Of a DNA stretch of 35,741 nucleotides, positions 1-8,745 are shown piece after piece (within the stretch, counting starts at the first letter, position 1; the number at the start of each line of letters is the position of its first letter). Position numbers and translations under genes: made by a program. The notes beneath the pieces were generated by a model. It had not been told where the DNA came from. It saw only the letters and a list, made by a program, of their open reading frames with translations, and ran no database searches. This DNA comes from a virus: positions 1-35,741 of IMG/VR virus record IMGVR_UViG_3300019487_000065. One strand, 5' to 3'.

Positions 1-1
1 C

Positions 2-769
2 GAAGGCGGCGGCGAGCACTTCCTGTTCATCGTCGACGACGACTTCGAGATGGACAAGATCCGTAACCGCACGAAGATGGCACCCGGCATCGACATCCGC
101 GCTGAGGGCGGTCTGATCGTCGCGGCGCCGAGCATTCACCCGACCGGCGCGCAGTACGCATGGCGCGATCCGACGACGCCCGTTGCTTCAATGCCAGCAT
201 GGTTGATCAAGATCGCGACGTCGCAGAAGACGCGGCAGATTGCCATCGATCCGAATGCGGGACGCCCGACGGAAGCCGTACTCGAAGCGGACGGTTGGCC
301 GTTGGCGCGTCGAATCATCGCTGCACGTGACGTGCTGATCCGGAAGGGTGAACCTGCGATCTCGGGGCGGCGCGGTCACGATCCGTGCCTGAAGGCAACT
401 GTCCTACTGGTTCGTGGCTACTGTCTCTATAGCGAACAGGCGTTCGACCTGCTGTGGAACGTCTACAACCCGATCTGCATCCCGCCATGGTCGCCCGAAG
501 AGTTGATGCACAAGATCGAGAGCGCCGAGTACGCGATCTCGGACGAGTCGTATCCTTGGCGATTTGAAATTCCGGCGCGTGACATGTCGCCAGCGGGGCG
601 CGCCGAAGAAGCGATCCGCTTCGAGTGCTACCGCGAGTTGGGCGGTCCAGAAGTGTTGTGGCAAGCCACGCCGGAAACTGCACCTGACCCGACCGCTGAT
701 ATGGAAAACGAAGAAAAGCCTGAGAAGCCGTCGCGCGGCAAAGGCCGCAAGAAAGGAAACGTCGCATGA
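2..769 (+). CDS. bifunctional DNA primase/polymerase (Prim-Pol), C-terminal part with PriCT-1-like domain; 5' end lies outside the window
   Basis: The frame is open from nt 2 (EGGGEHFLFIVDDDFE precedes the first ATG at 50). GEHFLF ... GIDIRAEGGLIVAAPSIHPTGAQYAW fits the Prim-Pol catalytic core. GRRGHDPCLKATVLLVRG ... NPICIPPWSPEELMHKIESAE resembles PriCT-1. The stop overlaps the next start (ATGA). Confidence 0.75.
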   Translation, partial: EGGGEHFLFIVDDDFEMDKIRNRTKMAPGIDIRAEGGLIVAAPSIHPTGAQYAWRDPTTPVASMPAWLIKIATSQKTRQIAIDPNAGRPTEAVLEADGWPLARRIIAARDVLIRKGEPAISGRRGHDPCLKATVLLVRGYCLYSEQAFDLLWNVYNPICIPPWSPEELMHKIESAEYAISDESYPWRFEIPARDMSPAGRAEEAIRFECYRELGGPEVLWQATPETAPDPTADMENEEKPEKPSRGKGRKKGNVA

Positions 770-1143
770 GGGTCATCTATCTCGCTCACCCGCTCGGTGC
801 GCCCACGCCGGAAGGCGTCGAGGCGAACAAGGCTCGCGCTCGTCGGTGGATCCGTTGGGTCTACGACAACTTCTCGGATGTCGCTGTCGTCGCTGACTGG
901 CTGCTGACCGTTGAAGTCTTGGATGATTTCAACCCCGAACACCGCGCGCACGGAATGAAGATGAACAAGGCGATCATTCCGCTCTTGCACGAGTTCTGGA
1001 TGGTCGGTGGGCGCGTGTCGAACGGCATGCAAGATGAATCGATCACAGCGATCGACGCGAAGCGCCGCATCTTCGACCTCACGTGGCTCGGTGACGAGCC
1101 GCCGGTTGGTGTTCCCGAGAAGGTCCAAGCGCTGGTCGCCTGA
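766..1143 (+). CDS. hypothetical protein; weak resemblance to nucleoside 2-deoxyribosyltransferase-fold phage proteins (DUF4406/DUF1937-like)
   Basis: 125-aa ORF with an ATGA overlap on the upstream stop and G/C-rich third positions. The N-terminus MRVIYLAHPLG recalls that family (memory only). Confidence 0.55.
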   Translation: MRVIYLAHPLGAPTPEGVEANKARARRWIRWVYDNFSDVAVVADWLLTVEVLDDFNPEHRAHGMKMNKAIIPLLHEFWMVGGRVSNGMQDESITAIDAKRRIFDLTWLGDEPPVGVPEKVQALVA

Positions 1144-1526
1144 TGTCGATCGATCCGAACATCGCGCAAGAGGCGCGCGCCGTCCTGCAGCAGTATTCGA
1201 CGCCTGCACAGGAGATGATCAAGTTGAACCTGTACGGACCGCGCGAGGCACGATTCGCGGGCGCAATTGTCGCGAACCTGTTCACCGTCGTCGTATCGGC
1301 ACCGCTGCCGACACCCGAGGAGCGGCTACGCGAGCTTCAAGGACAAGCGCACACGACGATGACGACGCTGTGCAAGCTGCTACAGCGCGCGATGACCGTG
1401 ATCGAAGAGTCGGTTGCCGGACAGGAAGCACTCGTCCGCGAATGTGAAGAAGAGATCGCGAGCGCCGAGGACAACATCTTCCCACCAGACGACGAAGAAC
1501 CCGAGATGAAAGAGGCCACCGGATGA
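1143..1526 (+). CDS. hypothetical protein
   Basis: 127-aa ORF. The start shares one base with the upstream stop (TGATG). G/C-rich third positions and an acidic C-terminus. No domain recognised. Confidence 0.6.
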   Translation: MSIDPNIAQEARAVLQQYSTPAQEMIKLNLYGPREARFAGAIVANLFTVVVSAPLPTPEERLRELQGQAHTTMTTLCKLLQRAMTVIEESVAGQEALVRECEEEIASAEDNIFPPDDEEPEMKEATG

Positions 1527-2146
1527 ACGACGCAGATACACGCTTAGACAAGCTCGGTGACCTGATCGCACGCGGTTCACGCGTCGCTATCGGTACACGC
1601 GAAGAGCTGCACGACTTCGTACTGCAGCTCATGGAGATCGTGCCTCAGGTCATCGGTGACCTGAAGAACGCGCGTGTCCCGACGGAGCTGTTCTGCCCGA
1701 TGTGCAACCACAAGCACATCGATCAGGGCGACTGGGAACACAAAATCCCGCATCGCAAGCACCAGTGCGCGAACTGCAACCACATCTGGCAGCCGTTCGC
1801 TGTCGGTACGGTTGGAGTCGCGTACGGGCATGCAGTACTGCCCGTCGCCGAGCACATTCAGGTGCTCGAACGTGACCTCGCGTGGACACGCGGTGAATGG
1901 AGCGCGGCGGGCGAAGAGATCGCGAAGCTGGAGAAACGCCGCGACGAGCTGCTGCAGATGGTCGCGAATCTATCGCAAAGCGTTCCGCTCGATTCTGAAG
2001 TCAGCGAGGCGCTGAACCAACGTGGCGCACTAGTCGCCGAAGTTGGGACGCTGCGTGCGCGTGTCACCGAGCTGGAAAAGCAGCTCGCAGGCGCACGTGG
2101 ATTCGTGAATATGGCCACTGAGTACGACGGGAACGACTATGGCTAA
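1523..2146 (+). CDS. hypothetical zinc-ribbon / coiled-coil protein
   Basis: 207-aa ORF with an ATGA overlap upstream. It has a CPMC ... CANC cysteine pair and a heptad-like C-terminal region (LEKRRDELLQMVANL, VTELEKQLAG). Confidence 0.65.
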   Translation: MNDADTRLDKLGDLIARGSRVAIGTREELHDFVLQLMEIVPQVIGDLKNARVPTELFCPMCNHKHIDQGDWEHKIPHRKHQCANCNHIWQPFAVGTVGVAYGHAVLPVAEHIQVLERDLAWTRGEWSAAGEEIAKLEKRRDELLQMVANLSQSVPLDSEVSEALNQRGALVAEVGTLRARVTELEKQLAGARGFVNMATEYDGNDYG

Positions 2147-2495
2147 GGCGCGCTACGTAAAGGCACCTTGTGCACGAGGGCGCAAGGCGCACGCGCTGTG
2201 TCGTCCCCCGAAGACGCACGGCGCGATCCTACGTCTACGTCACGATGGCCGGTTCGTCCGTGACAACGGTGATGCCGGGCTTGCGTTCATCGGCTTGGCA
2301 CCGGAGAACGACGGCGGTGCAGTCATCTGGGTCGCGAACTGCGCGTGTAAGATCTACCTCGACTGTCCAGTCTCGAAGGCGCTCGCGTTCGCTGCGAATC
2401 GCTACAGCTCGGCGACAGTCGAGCGACGGCGCAAGTCGACGCTCAAGCTCGACAGGATCAGGCGCGTGCGCAAGCTCAAGAAGAGGAAACGCTGA
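2139..2495 (+). CDS. hypothetical basic protein
   Basis: 118-aa ORF that overlaps the upstream stop by 8 nt. G/C-rich third positions and a C-terminal KLDRIRRVRKLKKRKR. The competing ORF 2170-2730 is Arg-rich and off-frame. Confidence 0.55.
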   Translation: MAKARYVKAPCARGRKAHALCRPPKTHGAILRLRHDGRFVRDNGDAGLAFIGLAPENDGGAVIWVANCACKIYLDCPVSKALAFAANRYSSATVERRRKSTLKLDRIRRVRKLKKRKR

Positions 2496-2866
2496 TGCCA
2501 GCGTACGTGCGCGGCTATCTTGTCTGCAACGGGTGTGGGACGTCGGCGAACGCTTCGGCGTACATCGGCGAGGCGTGGAGCAAGACGAGTTTCACGTGGA
2601 AGCTCCCCGAAGGCTGGATGCTCTACGAATCGCGCGGGCACGGCAACGTGTCCGTGTACTGCAGTTACGCGTGCAACAAGCACTCGGCGGCGATGGGCTA
2701 CCCGTCGCAGACTGGAAGAGCACCGGTTGACGGTGCGTTCGACGAACGCACGATCGACAAGCTCTACGAGTTGATCGACATCGGTGCAAAGGGCAATGCG
2801 AGCGCAGACAACGTGCTTGCAGCGCTCGAAGCTGTGCTGACGGCGTGGCGAAAGCGGGCAGCGTGA
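2495..2866 (+). CDS. hypothetical Cys-rich protein
   Basis: 123-aa ORF with a TGATG junction upstream and CNGC ... CSYAC cysteines. Confidence 0.6.
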   Translation: MPAYVRGYLVCNGCGTSANASAYIGEAWSKTSFTWKLPEGWMLYESRGHGNVSVYCSYACNKHSAAMGYPSQTGRAPVDGAFDERTIDKLYELIDIGAKGNASADNVLAALEAVLTAWRKRAA

Positions 2867-3225
2867 GCTTCCATCAGTGCGCGCACGGCGAGCGGTGGTT
2901 TAGTTGGCGGCACGCGAACGGCAACCAGATCGACTGGTGGTCCCAGCACGTGTGCTGCGACCCGAAGCGTTTCGTCCACAACGAGTGGGGCAAGTTCGCG
3001 CTCGCGGTCGATCTCAACGCACGCGAAGCACAGATCCAGTGGGTTCAAGCGCCGTTGTGGCAGGCGCTCAAGTTCGGTGAGATCGTCGACGAGAACGAGC
3101 GACTCGCCCTCGAAGCTGCGTGCGATGCACGTGAGTCGCGATTCGCTGCCGAGCTATTCCTTCGCATCATCGGCCGCGACGACATGGCCGACCTTTTGTA
3201 CGCACCTAGGGGAGAATCGACATGA
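2863..3225 (+). CDS. hypothetical protein
   Basis: GTG at 2863 forms a GTGA overlap with the upstream stop, the dominant junction type here. The track start, GTG 2845, is the alternative. The stop overlaps the next ATG (ATGA). Confidence 0.55.
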   Translation: MSFHQCAHGERWFSWRHANGNQIDWWSQHVCCDPKRFVHNEWGKFALAVDLNAREAQIQWVQAPLWQALKFGEIVDENERLALEAACDARESRFAAELFLRIIGRDDMADLLYAPRGEST

Positions 3226-3740
3226 GCATCGTCGCAGGCACCGGCCATCGCCCAGACAAGCTGTGGATCGGCGACTACTCGGGGCACCACAAGCTGAACC
3301 CACTCCGTGCGTGGATCCGTGCCCAGACACGCACCAAGCTCCTGGAGCTGAAACCGATCCACGTGATCAGCGGACTCGCACTCGGCTTCGATCAAGACCT
3401 CGCTGACGTCTGCATCGAGATGGGCATCCCGTACATCGCGGCAGTGCCGTGCGAGGGCCAGGATAGCCAGTGGCCCCCGGAGGCGCGAGCGCACTACCAA
3501 CTGCTGCTCAAGCTCGCGTACGAGGTCGTGATGGTGACGCCGGGGCCGTACGAGCGCTGGAAGATGCAGGCGCGCAACGAATGGATGGTCGATCACTGCA
3601 GCGATCTGCTGTCCTGCTTCGACGGCTCGCAAGGCGGCACGGCAAACACGGTGAACTACGCGAACAAGCTGCGTCGCCCGATCCATCGCATCGATCCGAA
3701 CGAGCTGCGGCGCCTGCTGTCAGCCGGAGCAGCGTCGTGA
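3222..3740 (+). CDS. SLOG-fold protein (DUF1273 / YpsA-like)
   Basis: 172 aa. GTGHRP lies near the N-terminus, followed by ISGLALGFDQ and SQGGTANTV, the pattern of the DUF1273/DUF2493 SLOG family (recognised from memory). Confidence 0.6.
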   Translation: MSIVAGTGHRPDKLWIGDYSGHHKLNPLRAWIRAQTRTKLLELKPIHVISGLALGFDQDLADVCIEMGIPYIAAVPCEGQDSQWPPEARAHYQLLLKLAYEVVMVTPGPYERWKMQARNEWMVDHCSDLLSCFDGSQGGTANTVNYANKLRRPIHRIDPNELRRLLSAGAAS

Positions 3741-4105
3741 GGCCGCACCAGCCTTACCGTGTCGTCGGCGAGCTAGCGAACGGCCAAGGCGTCGTCCTCG
3801 AACCGGGCTGCACGCTCTGCGGCGAAGCGAACGAAGCAATCGCGTGTCCAGTCTGTACACGCGTGTTCTGTGTCGAGCTGTGCTTCGGCGTGCACTTCCA
3901 AGCGCGTGACGTATTCGACGCGCCCGATCGCATCGATGCGTTCCTGCGCACGCAGACAGCGCACGAACTGCTCGATGCAACGATCACCGACGAGAAGGTG
4001 GACTGGCGACACGGCTTGTCGTGCGACAACTGTCGACCTGGTCTACGCGATATGGTCATGCAGGCGCTCGTCACGGGCGCGAAGATCGCGATGGAAGAGC
4101 CGTGA
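3737..4105 (+). CDS. hypothetical Cys-rich zinc-binding protein
   Basis: GTG 3737 gives a GTGA overlap. The longer track ORF from 3470 would overlap the SLOG gene by about 270 nt in an Arg-rich frame. Cysteine cluster CTLC ... CPVC ... C...C. Confidence 0.55.
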   Translation: MRPHQPYRVVGELANGQGVVLEPGCTLCGEANEAIACPVCTRVFCVELCFGVHFQARDVFDAPDRIDAFLRTQTAHELLDATITDEKVDWRHGLSCDNCRPGLRDMVMQALVTGAKIAMEEP

Positions 4106-4797
4106 GGGTTGCGCGCGCAAGCGAATCGATCGAACAGCGGCAAGAGGCCGTCACCGAGCTGTTCATGTTCATCCGCGACTTCTTCGGGCTCGACACGACA
4201 ACGCTCGTTGCACGGACACTGAACGAGCCGAAGTTCCTCGAAGCGGCTGAAGCTGTGCTGCAGTCGGCGGTCGGTCCGTGGAAGTCGGTCGATGCACTAC
4301 GTGACTTCGCGGTGCAGGCGCTCTACGGCGAGAAACCTGCTGACAAGTCGCTGGCCGATCGCGCGAGAGGCCGCGTGTCGCCGTTCTCGGTACCGTTCGC
4401 GTTGTTGCGGTCGCTCGCGCCGAGCGGGCAGTTCGACGCACGCAACTTACGGACGCTCAGCATTGCCGAGGCACTGGACTGCAACGGGTACGTGGGCGAA
4501 GAGACGCGCTGGGAAACGAAGCCCCACGGCGGTGAGAACTGGCTGATCACGACCGTGTGGGCGCGCGTGATTCCGAAGACGCGCAAGCATACGAAGATCC
4601 GATTCACCAACGTCGGCGAGAATCGCATCCTGCACGAAGGTCGGCTGACGGCACTGACGATCGATGCGATGCCGTGTTTCTGGTGGCTGCCCGGGTACAC
4701 GCCGATCGAAGTGTTGATGACGCGGCAACAGCTTGAAGATGAGACACCGTCGACCGTGATGCTCGCGATCGAGGGCTGGCGCTACACGACGAGGTGA
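4102..4797 (+). CDS. hypothetical protein
   Basis: GTG 4102 forms a GTGA overlap with the upstream stop (the track start 4021 would overlap by 85 nt). 231 aa, no domain recognised. Confidence 0.6.
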   Translation: MRVARASESIEQRQEAVTELFMFIRDFFGLDTTTLVARTLNEPKFLEAAEAVLQSAVGPWKSVDALRDFAVQALYGEKPADKSLADRARGRVSPFSVPFALLRSLAPSGQFDARNLRTLSIAEALDCNGYVGEETRWETKPHGGENWLITTVWARVIPKTRKHTKIRFTNVGENRILHEGRLTALTIDAMPCFWWLPGYTPIEVLMTRQQLEDETPSTVMLAIEGWRYTTR

Positions 4798-5465
4798 ACA
4801 TGATCAAGGTACCAAACGACTGGCTTACTGTAGATCTCACGACGACTGAGGTATCGCGGTGTCGCGAGATTGGTCACGCGCGTCAAGCTGCACATGAAGA
4901 AGCGTACGCCACGAACGATGGTCTCCCAGCCGATGGCCGTTTCTTCGAGCGAACCTCTTCAGTTCAATTGAACATCGATGGTGCAACGTCCGAATACGCT
5001 GTTGCGAAGGCGTTCGGACTGAAGTGGTCTGCGAAGCTGTGGACCCGTGAGGAGTTTGCGATTGAACGTTATCTGACTGCAGATGTAGACGAAGACGTTC
5101 AAGTGAAGTGTCACAACCTGCCCGACTACGGACTGTTGCAGCAGGATTTGTTGATTCGCTTCACGGAGCGTAACAACGTGGACTGCATCTACGTCCTGAC
5201 GTTGCTACATCACTTACCCACCGTCATCATGGCTGGATGGTGCACGGGCGCGCAGGCAATGGTAGCGGCATTCGAGGCGAGGTGGTTGCCCGTACCGTGC
5301 TGGCGTGTGCCTTGGCGATACCGCAACCCGATGCAGACGTTCGTGACGCATTTGGAGTCGCCTGAGCGCGCCGCGTCACTACAACGCGTTCAAGATCGAC
5401 GTGCGCGTTTCTTGCGCGGCGTACCGGCTTCGTACCGCGAGACACGCAAGGAGCGCTGGCTGTGA
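4794..5465 (+). CDS. hypothetical protein, possible PD-(D/E)xK-fold nuclease
   Basis: GTGA overlap upstream. TSEYAVAKAFG ... ADVDEDVQVKC is compatible with a D ... (D/E)xK core (weak). GC content is somewhat lower than in the neighbours. Confidence 0.5.
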   Translation: MNMIKVPNDWLTVDLTTTEVSRCREIGHARQAAHEEAYATNDGLPADGRFFERTSSVQLNIDGATSEYAVAKAFGLKWSAKLWTREEFAIERYLTADVDEDVQVKCHNLPDYGLLQQDLLIRFTERNNVDCIYVLTLLHHLPTVIMAGWCTGAQAMVAAFEARWLPVPCWRVPWRYRNPMQTFVTHLESPERAASLQRVQDRRARFLRGVPASYRETRKERWL

Positions 5466-5998
5466 GCTTTGACACCGACGACGATGAAGACGGACCGGTT
5501 CCGGGAACCGGCTACGACGGCACTGATCTCGAAGGCGCGAAGGCGTTCGTACAGACCAACCTGCGTGACGGCGTGACGTGTCCGTGCTGCGGACAGCTCT
5601 GCAAGATCTACAAGCGCAAGCTGAACAGCACGATGGCGCTCGCGCTCGTGCTGATCTACCAGTTCTTCAAGACGCACAAGCACGCCGACTGGCTACACGT
5701 CGCGGCGTTCTTGGTGAAGGTCAAGCACGACAGCTCGATCGCGGGCGGCGACGTCGTTAAGCTCCGCTACTGGGGGCTGCTCGAACGTGCGGCCGGTGAC
5801 CGTCCCGATGGCAGTGATCGCATCGGCCGCTACAAGATCACCGACCTCGGCAAGCGTTTTGTAGAGAAGGCTGCGGCTGTTCCCAAGTACGTGTATCTGT
5901 ACAACCAATTGTTGTTGCGTCTGAGCGAGGAAACGATCACGATCACGGATGCGTTGGGTGACCGCTTCTCTTACACAAAGCTGATGACGGGTGCGTAA
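5462..5998 (+). CDS. hypothetical zinc-knuckle plus probable winged-helix DNA-binding protein
   Basis: GTGA overlap upstream. It has an acidic N-terminus, CPCCGQLC, and then a helical segment ending RIGRYKITDLGKRFV. Confidence 0.6.
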   Translation: MSFDTDDDEDGPVPGTGYDGTDLEGAKAFVQTNLRDGVTCPCCGQLCKIYKRKLNSTMALALVLIYQFFKTHKHADWLHVAAFLVKVKHDSSIAGGDVVKLRYWGLLERAAGDRPDGSDRIGRYKITDLGKRFVEKAAAVPKYVYLYNQLLLRLSEETITITDALGDRFSYTKLMTGA

Positions 5999-6713
5999 AC
6001 GAAAACGAACAACTATCGGTGATACGTTCGGACGTTTGACGGTGATCGGGCGCGCACGACCTGCACCGAGTGGTCAGCCGCGTTGGCGTTGTCGTTGCTC
6101 TTGCAAGACGATCAAGGTCGTTCAGGGCAGCGCTCTGACAAGTGGACACACACAGTCGTGCGGCTGCTTGGGTACTGAACGTCGACGAGAAGCGTCTCGC
6201 ACGCACGGCATGAGCGGCACGCCCGAACATCGAGCTTGGAAGGGCATGTGGGCACGGTGCCTCGCGAAGCCGGGTAGCAAGTACTTTCGCCTGTACCCAA
6301 AGCAGGGCATCAAGGTGTGCGCACGTTGGAAAAAGTTCGAGAACTTCTTCGCTGATGTCGGACCACGTCTGTCGGCACAACATTCACTCGATCGCTGGCC
6401 CGATCCCCACGGTGACTACAAGCCTGGCAACGTGCGCTGGGCGACGATGAAGGAACAGAGTAACAACCGGCGCGACAACCGTATCGTCGAGTTGGACGGC
6501 GAGAAGTTCACACTCAGCGCCCTCGCCGACGCGGCAGGCTTCAAGGTGGGAACGTTACGCTCGCGGCTAGCCAAGATGGGCTGGGACGCACGCAAGGCCG
6601 TAGCAGCGCCCCTGAACGTTACGTCGATTCGATCGTTCACCGACGCGGAGCTGAAACGTCAGCGGACAGCGATCGAAACCGAGATTCAACGCCGACGACG
6701 AGGAAAACAGTAA
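5991..6713 (+). CDS. phage AP2/HNH-associated-type DNA-binding protein (homing-endonuclease-like, no nuclease motif seen)
   Basis: FGRLTVIG ... RCRCSC ... SCGC, then RAWKGMWARC, VCARWKKFENFFADVGPR and SLDRWPDPHGDYKPGNVRWATMKEQSNN. This pattern is common in phage proteins annotated as homing-endonuclease-like. I see no HNH or GIY-YIG catalytic motif. Confidence 0.6.
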   Translation: MRKRKRTTIGDTFGRLTVIGRARPAPSGQPRWRCRCSCKTIKVVQGSALTSGHTQSCGCLGTERRREASRTHGMSGTPEHRAWKGMWARCLAKPGSKYFRLYPKQGIKVCARWKKFENFFADVGPRLSAQHSLDRWPDPHGDYKPGNVRWATMKEQSNNRRDNRIVELDGEKFTLSALADAAGFKVGTLRSRLAKMGWDARKAVAAPLNVTSIRSFTDAELKRQRTAIETEIQRRRRGKQ

Positions 6714-7864
6714 TGACACATGTATCGAAGAAGCTGGCAGACACTGTAGGAAGTGCTATTCGCGGTGACGATACAGCTAAATTTTTTCAAAAACTGGGAA
6801 TGCAAATTCACGGCAATTTGCAAACGTTAACCGGTTCGCGCTCGATCGGTGAATCGACACTGTCGGCAGGGGCGGTAGTGCACATATTGGGATCGGTTGA
6901 TCCGAAATATCGGGGACTGAACTTTCTGCCGCCAGACACGTATCAGGAATACCAGACGCGTTACGTGCACATGCCAGCGCGTTGGACGATGTTCGGATTT
7001 CCCACCTTCCGTGTAACAAAGGATCTTGTAACGTCATTACTGCTCACTGAGTGTCGTGGAATTAGAGGTCGCGATCTGAAGTTTCCATTTCCAACCTTCT
7101 TTGTCGAACTGCCACAAGATCCGGTAATCCTAAAGACGACAGACGTGGCAGGTACTGAAGTTCCTGTGCGCTGGATCAGCGTCCACAACATGCACGTGCC
7201 CGAGAGTGACAAAAACGCGAAGGCACTTGCTGAGATATTTGATGCCGAGACAACAGCGTTCCATGCAGGCCATAGCAACGCGAAACAGTTTCAAACAGCA
7301 ATCGTAGAGACAGAACGCAAATCGTCACTTCGGGGCTACACGGATCTGTGTCTCATGTCGCCGACTGTTGATGTAGATGTCAGCCGCGCGCATCTAGTGC
7401 CCGAAGACGACGAATCTATCGAGGAATGGTTGGAAGGAACGCGCAATACGAGAGCCGAAGAGTTTAAATTACAGCCTACAGACAACAACGCCTTGATGGC
7501 CGCGCATAGATTGATCGCTAACCTCAGTCTGTACTTGGCGAGTAACAAAACTGAATGGACGGTCAACAAATCGCGTAATCGTCTGAAGCACGGCAAAGGT
7601 GGAATTTCCGCACCGTTGGTATGGGATGTTGGAAAAGCGGTAAAGGTTCCTGATCATCTTGTGGCTGCAGCACAGAACTTCGCCGTGCGCGGAACTAACA
7701 AGGCTCAATGGCGTGTATCTTCGCGCTTTGTGGTCCGTGGACACTGGCGCGATCAGGTGTGCGGTCCTGGACGTAGTGACAGGAAACGAATCTGGATCCA
7801 ACCGCATTGGAAGGGTCCAGAAGCTGCAGCGGCTATAACACGTCTATACGAAGTAACGACATGA
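6713..7864 (+). CDS. hypothetical protein in a low-GC patch
   Basis: 383-aa ORF with a TAATG junction upstream. Sampled 60-nt lines give roughly 40-57% G+C against more than 60% in the flanks. C-terminal motif RFVVRGHWRDQVCGPGRSDRKRIWIQPHWKGP. No family recognised. Confidence 0.65.
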   Translation: MTHVSKKLADTVGSAIRGDDTAKFFQKLGMQIHGNLQTLTGSRSIGESTLSAGAVVHILGSVDPKYRGLNFLPPDTYQEYQTRYVHMPARWTMFGFPTFRVTKDLVTSLLLTECRGIRGRDLKFPFPTFFVELPQDPVILKTTDVAGTEVPVRWISVHNMHVPESDKNAKALAEIFDAETTAFHAGHSNAKQFQTAIVETERKSSLRGYTDLCLMSPTVDVDVSRAHLVPEDDESIEEWLEGTRNTRAEEFKLQPTDNNALMAAHRLIANLSLYLASNKTEWTVNKSRNRLKHGKGGISAPLVWDVGKAVKVPDHLVAAAQNFAVRGTNKAQWRVSSRFVVRGHWRDQVCGPGRSDRKRIWIQPHWKGPEAAAAITRLYEVTT

Positions 7865-8097
7865 ACGCGACCCGTCGACGAATTCTGGAGCATCTCGCAC
7901 GTGCGACCGCACGTGTGTACGGACTCGACTTGGTCGCTGCGAAGATCGCGTCGCGGGCTTCATTGTACGTCCATCTGGGATGGCTCGAAGAGACAGGCCA
8001 CGTCGAAGGTGCCGAAGAGCCCGTCACGTTGCGCCGGAGCTACAAGATCACCGACAAGGGCCGTGCTGTGCTCCTGCCCGAGGCGCGCGTGCGATGA
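7861..8097 (+). CDS. small winged-helix transcriptional regulator (PadR/ArsR-like)
   Basis: ATG 7861 forms an ATGA overlap with the upstream stop. 78 aa: RRRILEHLARATARVYGLDLV ... LYVHLGWLEETGHVEG ... YKITDKGRAVL. Confidence 0.6.
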   Translation: MNATRRRILEHLARATARVYGLDLVAAKIASRASLYVHLGWLEETGHVEGAEEPVTLRRSYKITDKGRAVLLPEARVR

Positions 8098-8447
8098 AGA
8101 TCTTCGTGTTCGGCTCGAACCTCGCAGGTCGTCACGGTGCCGGTGCGGCGCTCGAAGCGCGGCGCAAGTACGGCGCCGTCTACGGCGTCGCGGAGGGCCT
8201 GATGGGCAACGCGTACGGCATCGCGACGAAAGACCGCGAGCTAAATCCGCGCCCGCTCGTCGACATCAAAAAGAGCGTGGACGTCTTTCTCGACTTCGCG
8301 CGCGAGACGCCCGACCTGACCTACGAGGTCACGCGCATCGGCTGCGGCCTCGCGGGCTACAAAGACGCCGAGATCGGCCCGATGTTCGCGAGCGCGCCGC
8401 AGAACTGCGTGCTGCCGGTGAACTGGGAGCGCTACCGTGCCTCGTGA
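8094..8447 (+). CDS. A1S_2505-like phage non-structural protein (Rossmannoid GSNxxGxHGxGAA motif)
   Basis: ATG 8094 forms an ATGA overlap. MKIFVFGSNLAGRHGAGAAL ... YGIATKD ... VTRIGCGLAGY matches a widespread phage family as I recall it. Confidence 0.65.
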   Translation: MKIFVFGSNLAGRHGAGAALEARRKYGAVYGVAEGLMGNAYGIATKDRELNPRPLVDIKKSVDVFLDFARETPDLTYEVTRIGCGLAGYKDAEIGPMFASAPQNCVLPVNWERYRAS

Positions 8448-8745
8448 ACCACTGACTCTCGAACAGATGAGCACGGTGCTCGCGGCGATACAGGCCGCAG
8501 CACTCGCAGGCGACTACCCGCTCGCGATTTCACTACTGCGCGAGTACAAACTGGAGCATCGCTGTCTCGCGTGCGTTGGTGATTGCGACGAGGGCTACAA
8601 GTGGCGGTTCGGCGTTCACGCGCAACACGTGCTCTTCACGTGTCGGTCGTGTACGGAGAACTTCGCGCTCTGGTACGTCAGCAAGTCGCCTGCGCGACAG
8701 TTGTTCGACGGCGCCCTGCACGGGATGGCAGCATATGACCGCTGA
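8437..8745 (+). CDS. small CxxC protein, member of the in-window paralogue family
   Basis: GTG start with GGGAG 8 nt upstream. Helical motif VLAAIQAAALAGDYPLAISLLREY followed by CLAC ... CRSC. Confidence 0.6.
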   Translation: MPREPLTLEQMSTVLAAIQAAALAGDYPLAISLLREYKLEHRCLACVGDCDEGYKWRFGVHAQHVLFTCRSCTENFALWYVSKSPARQLFDGALHGMAAYDR

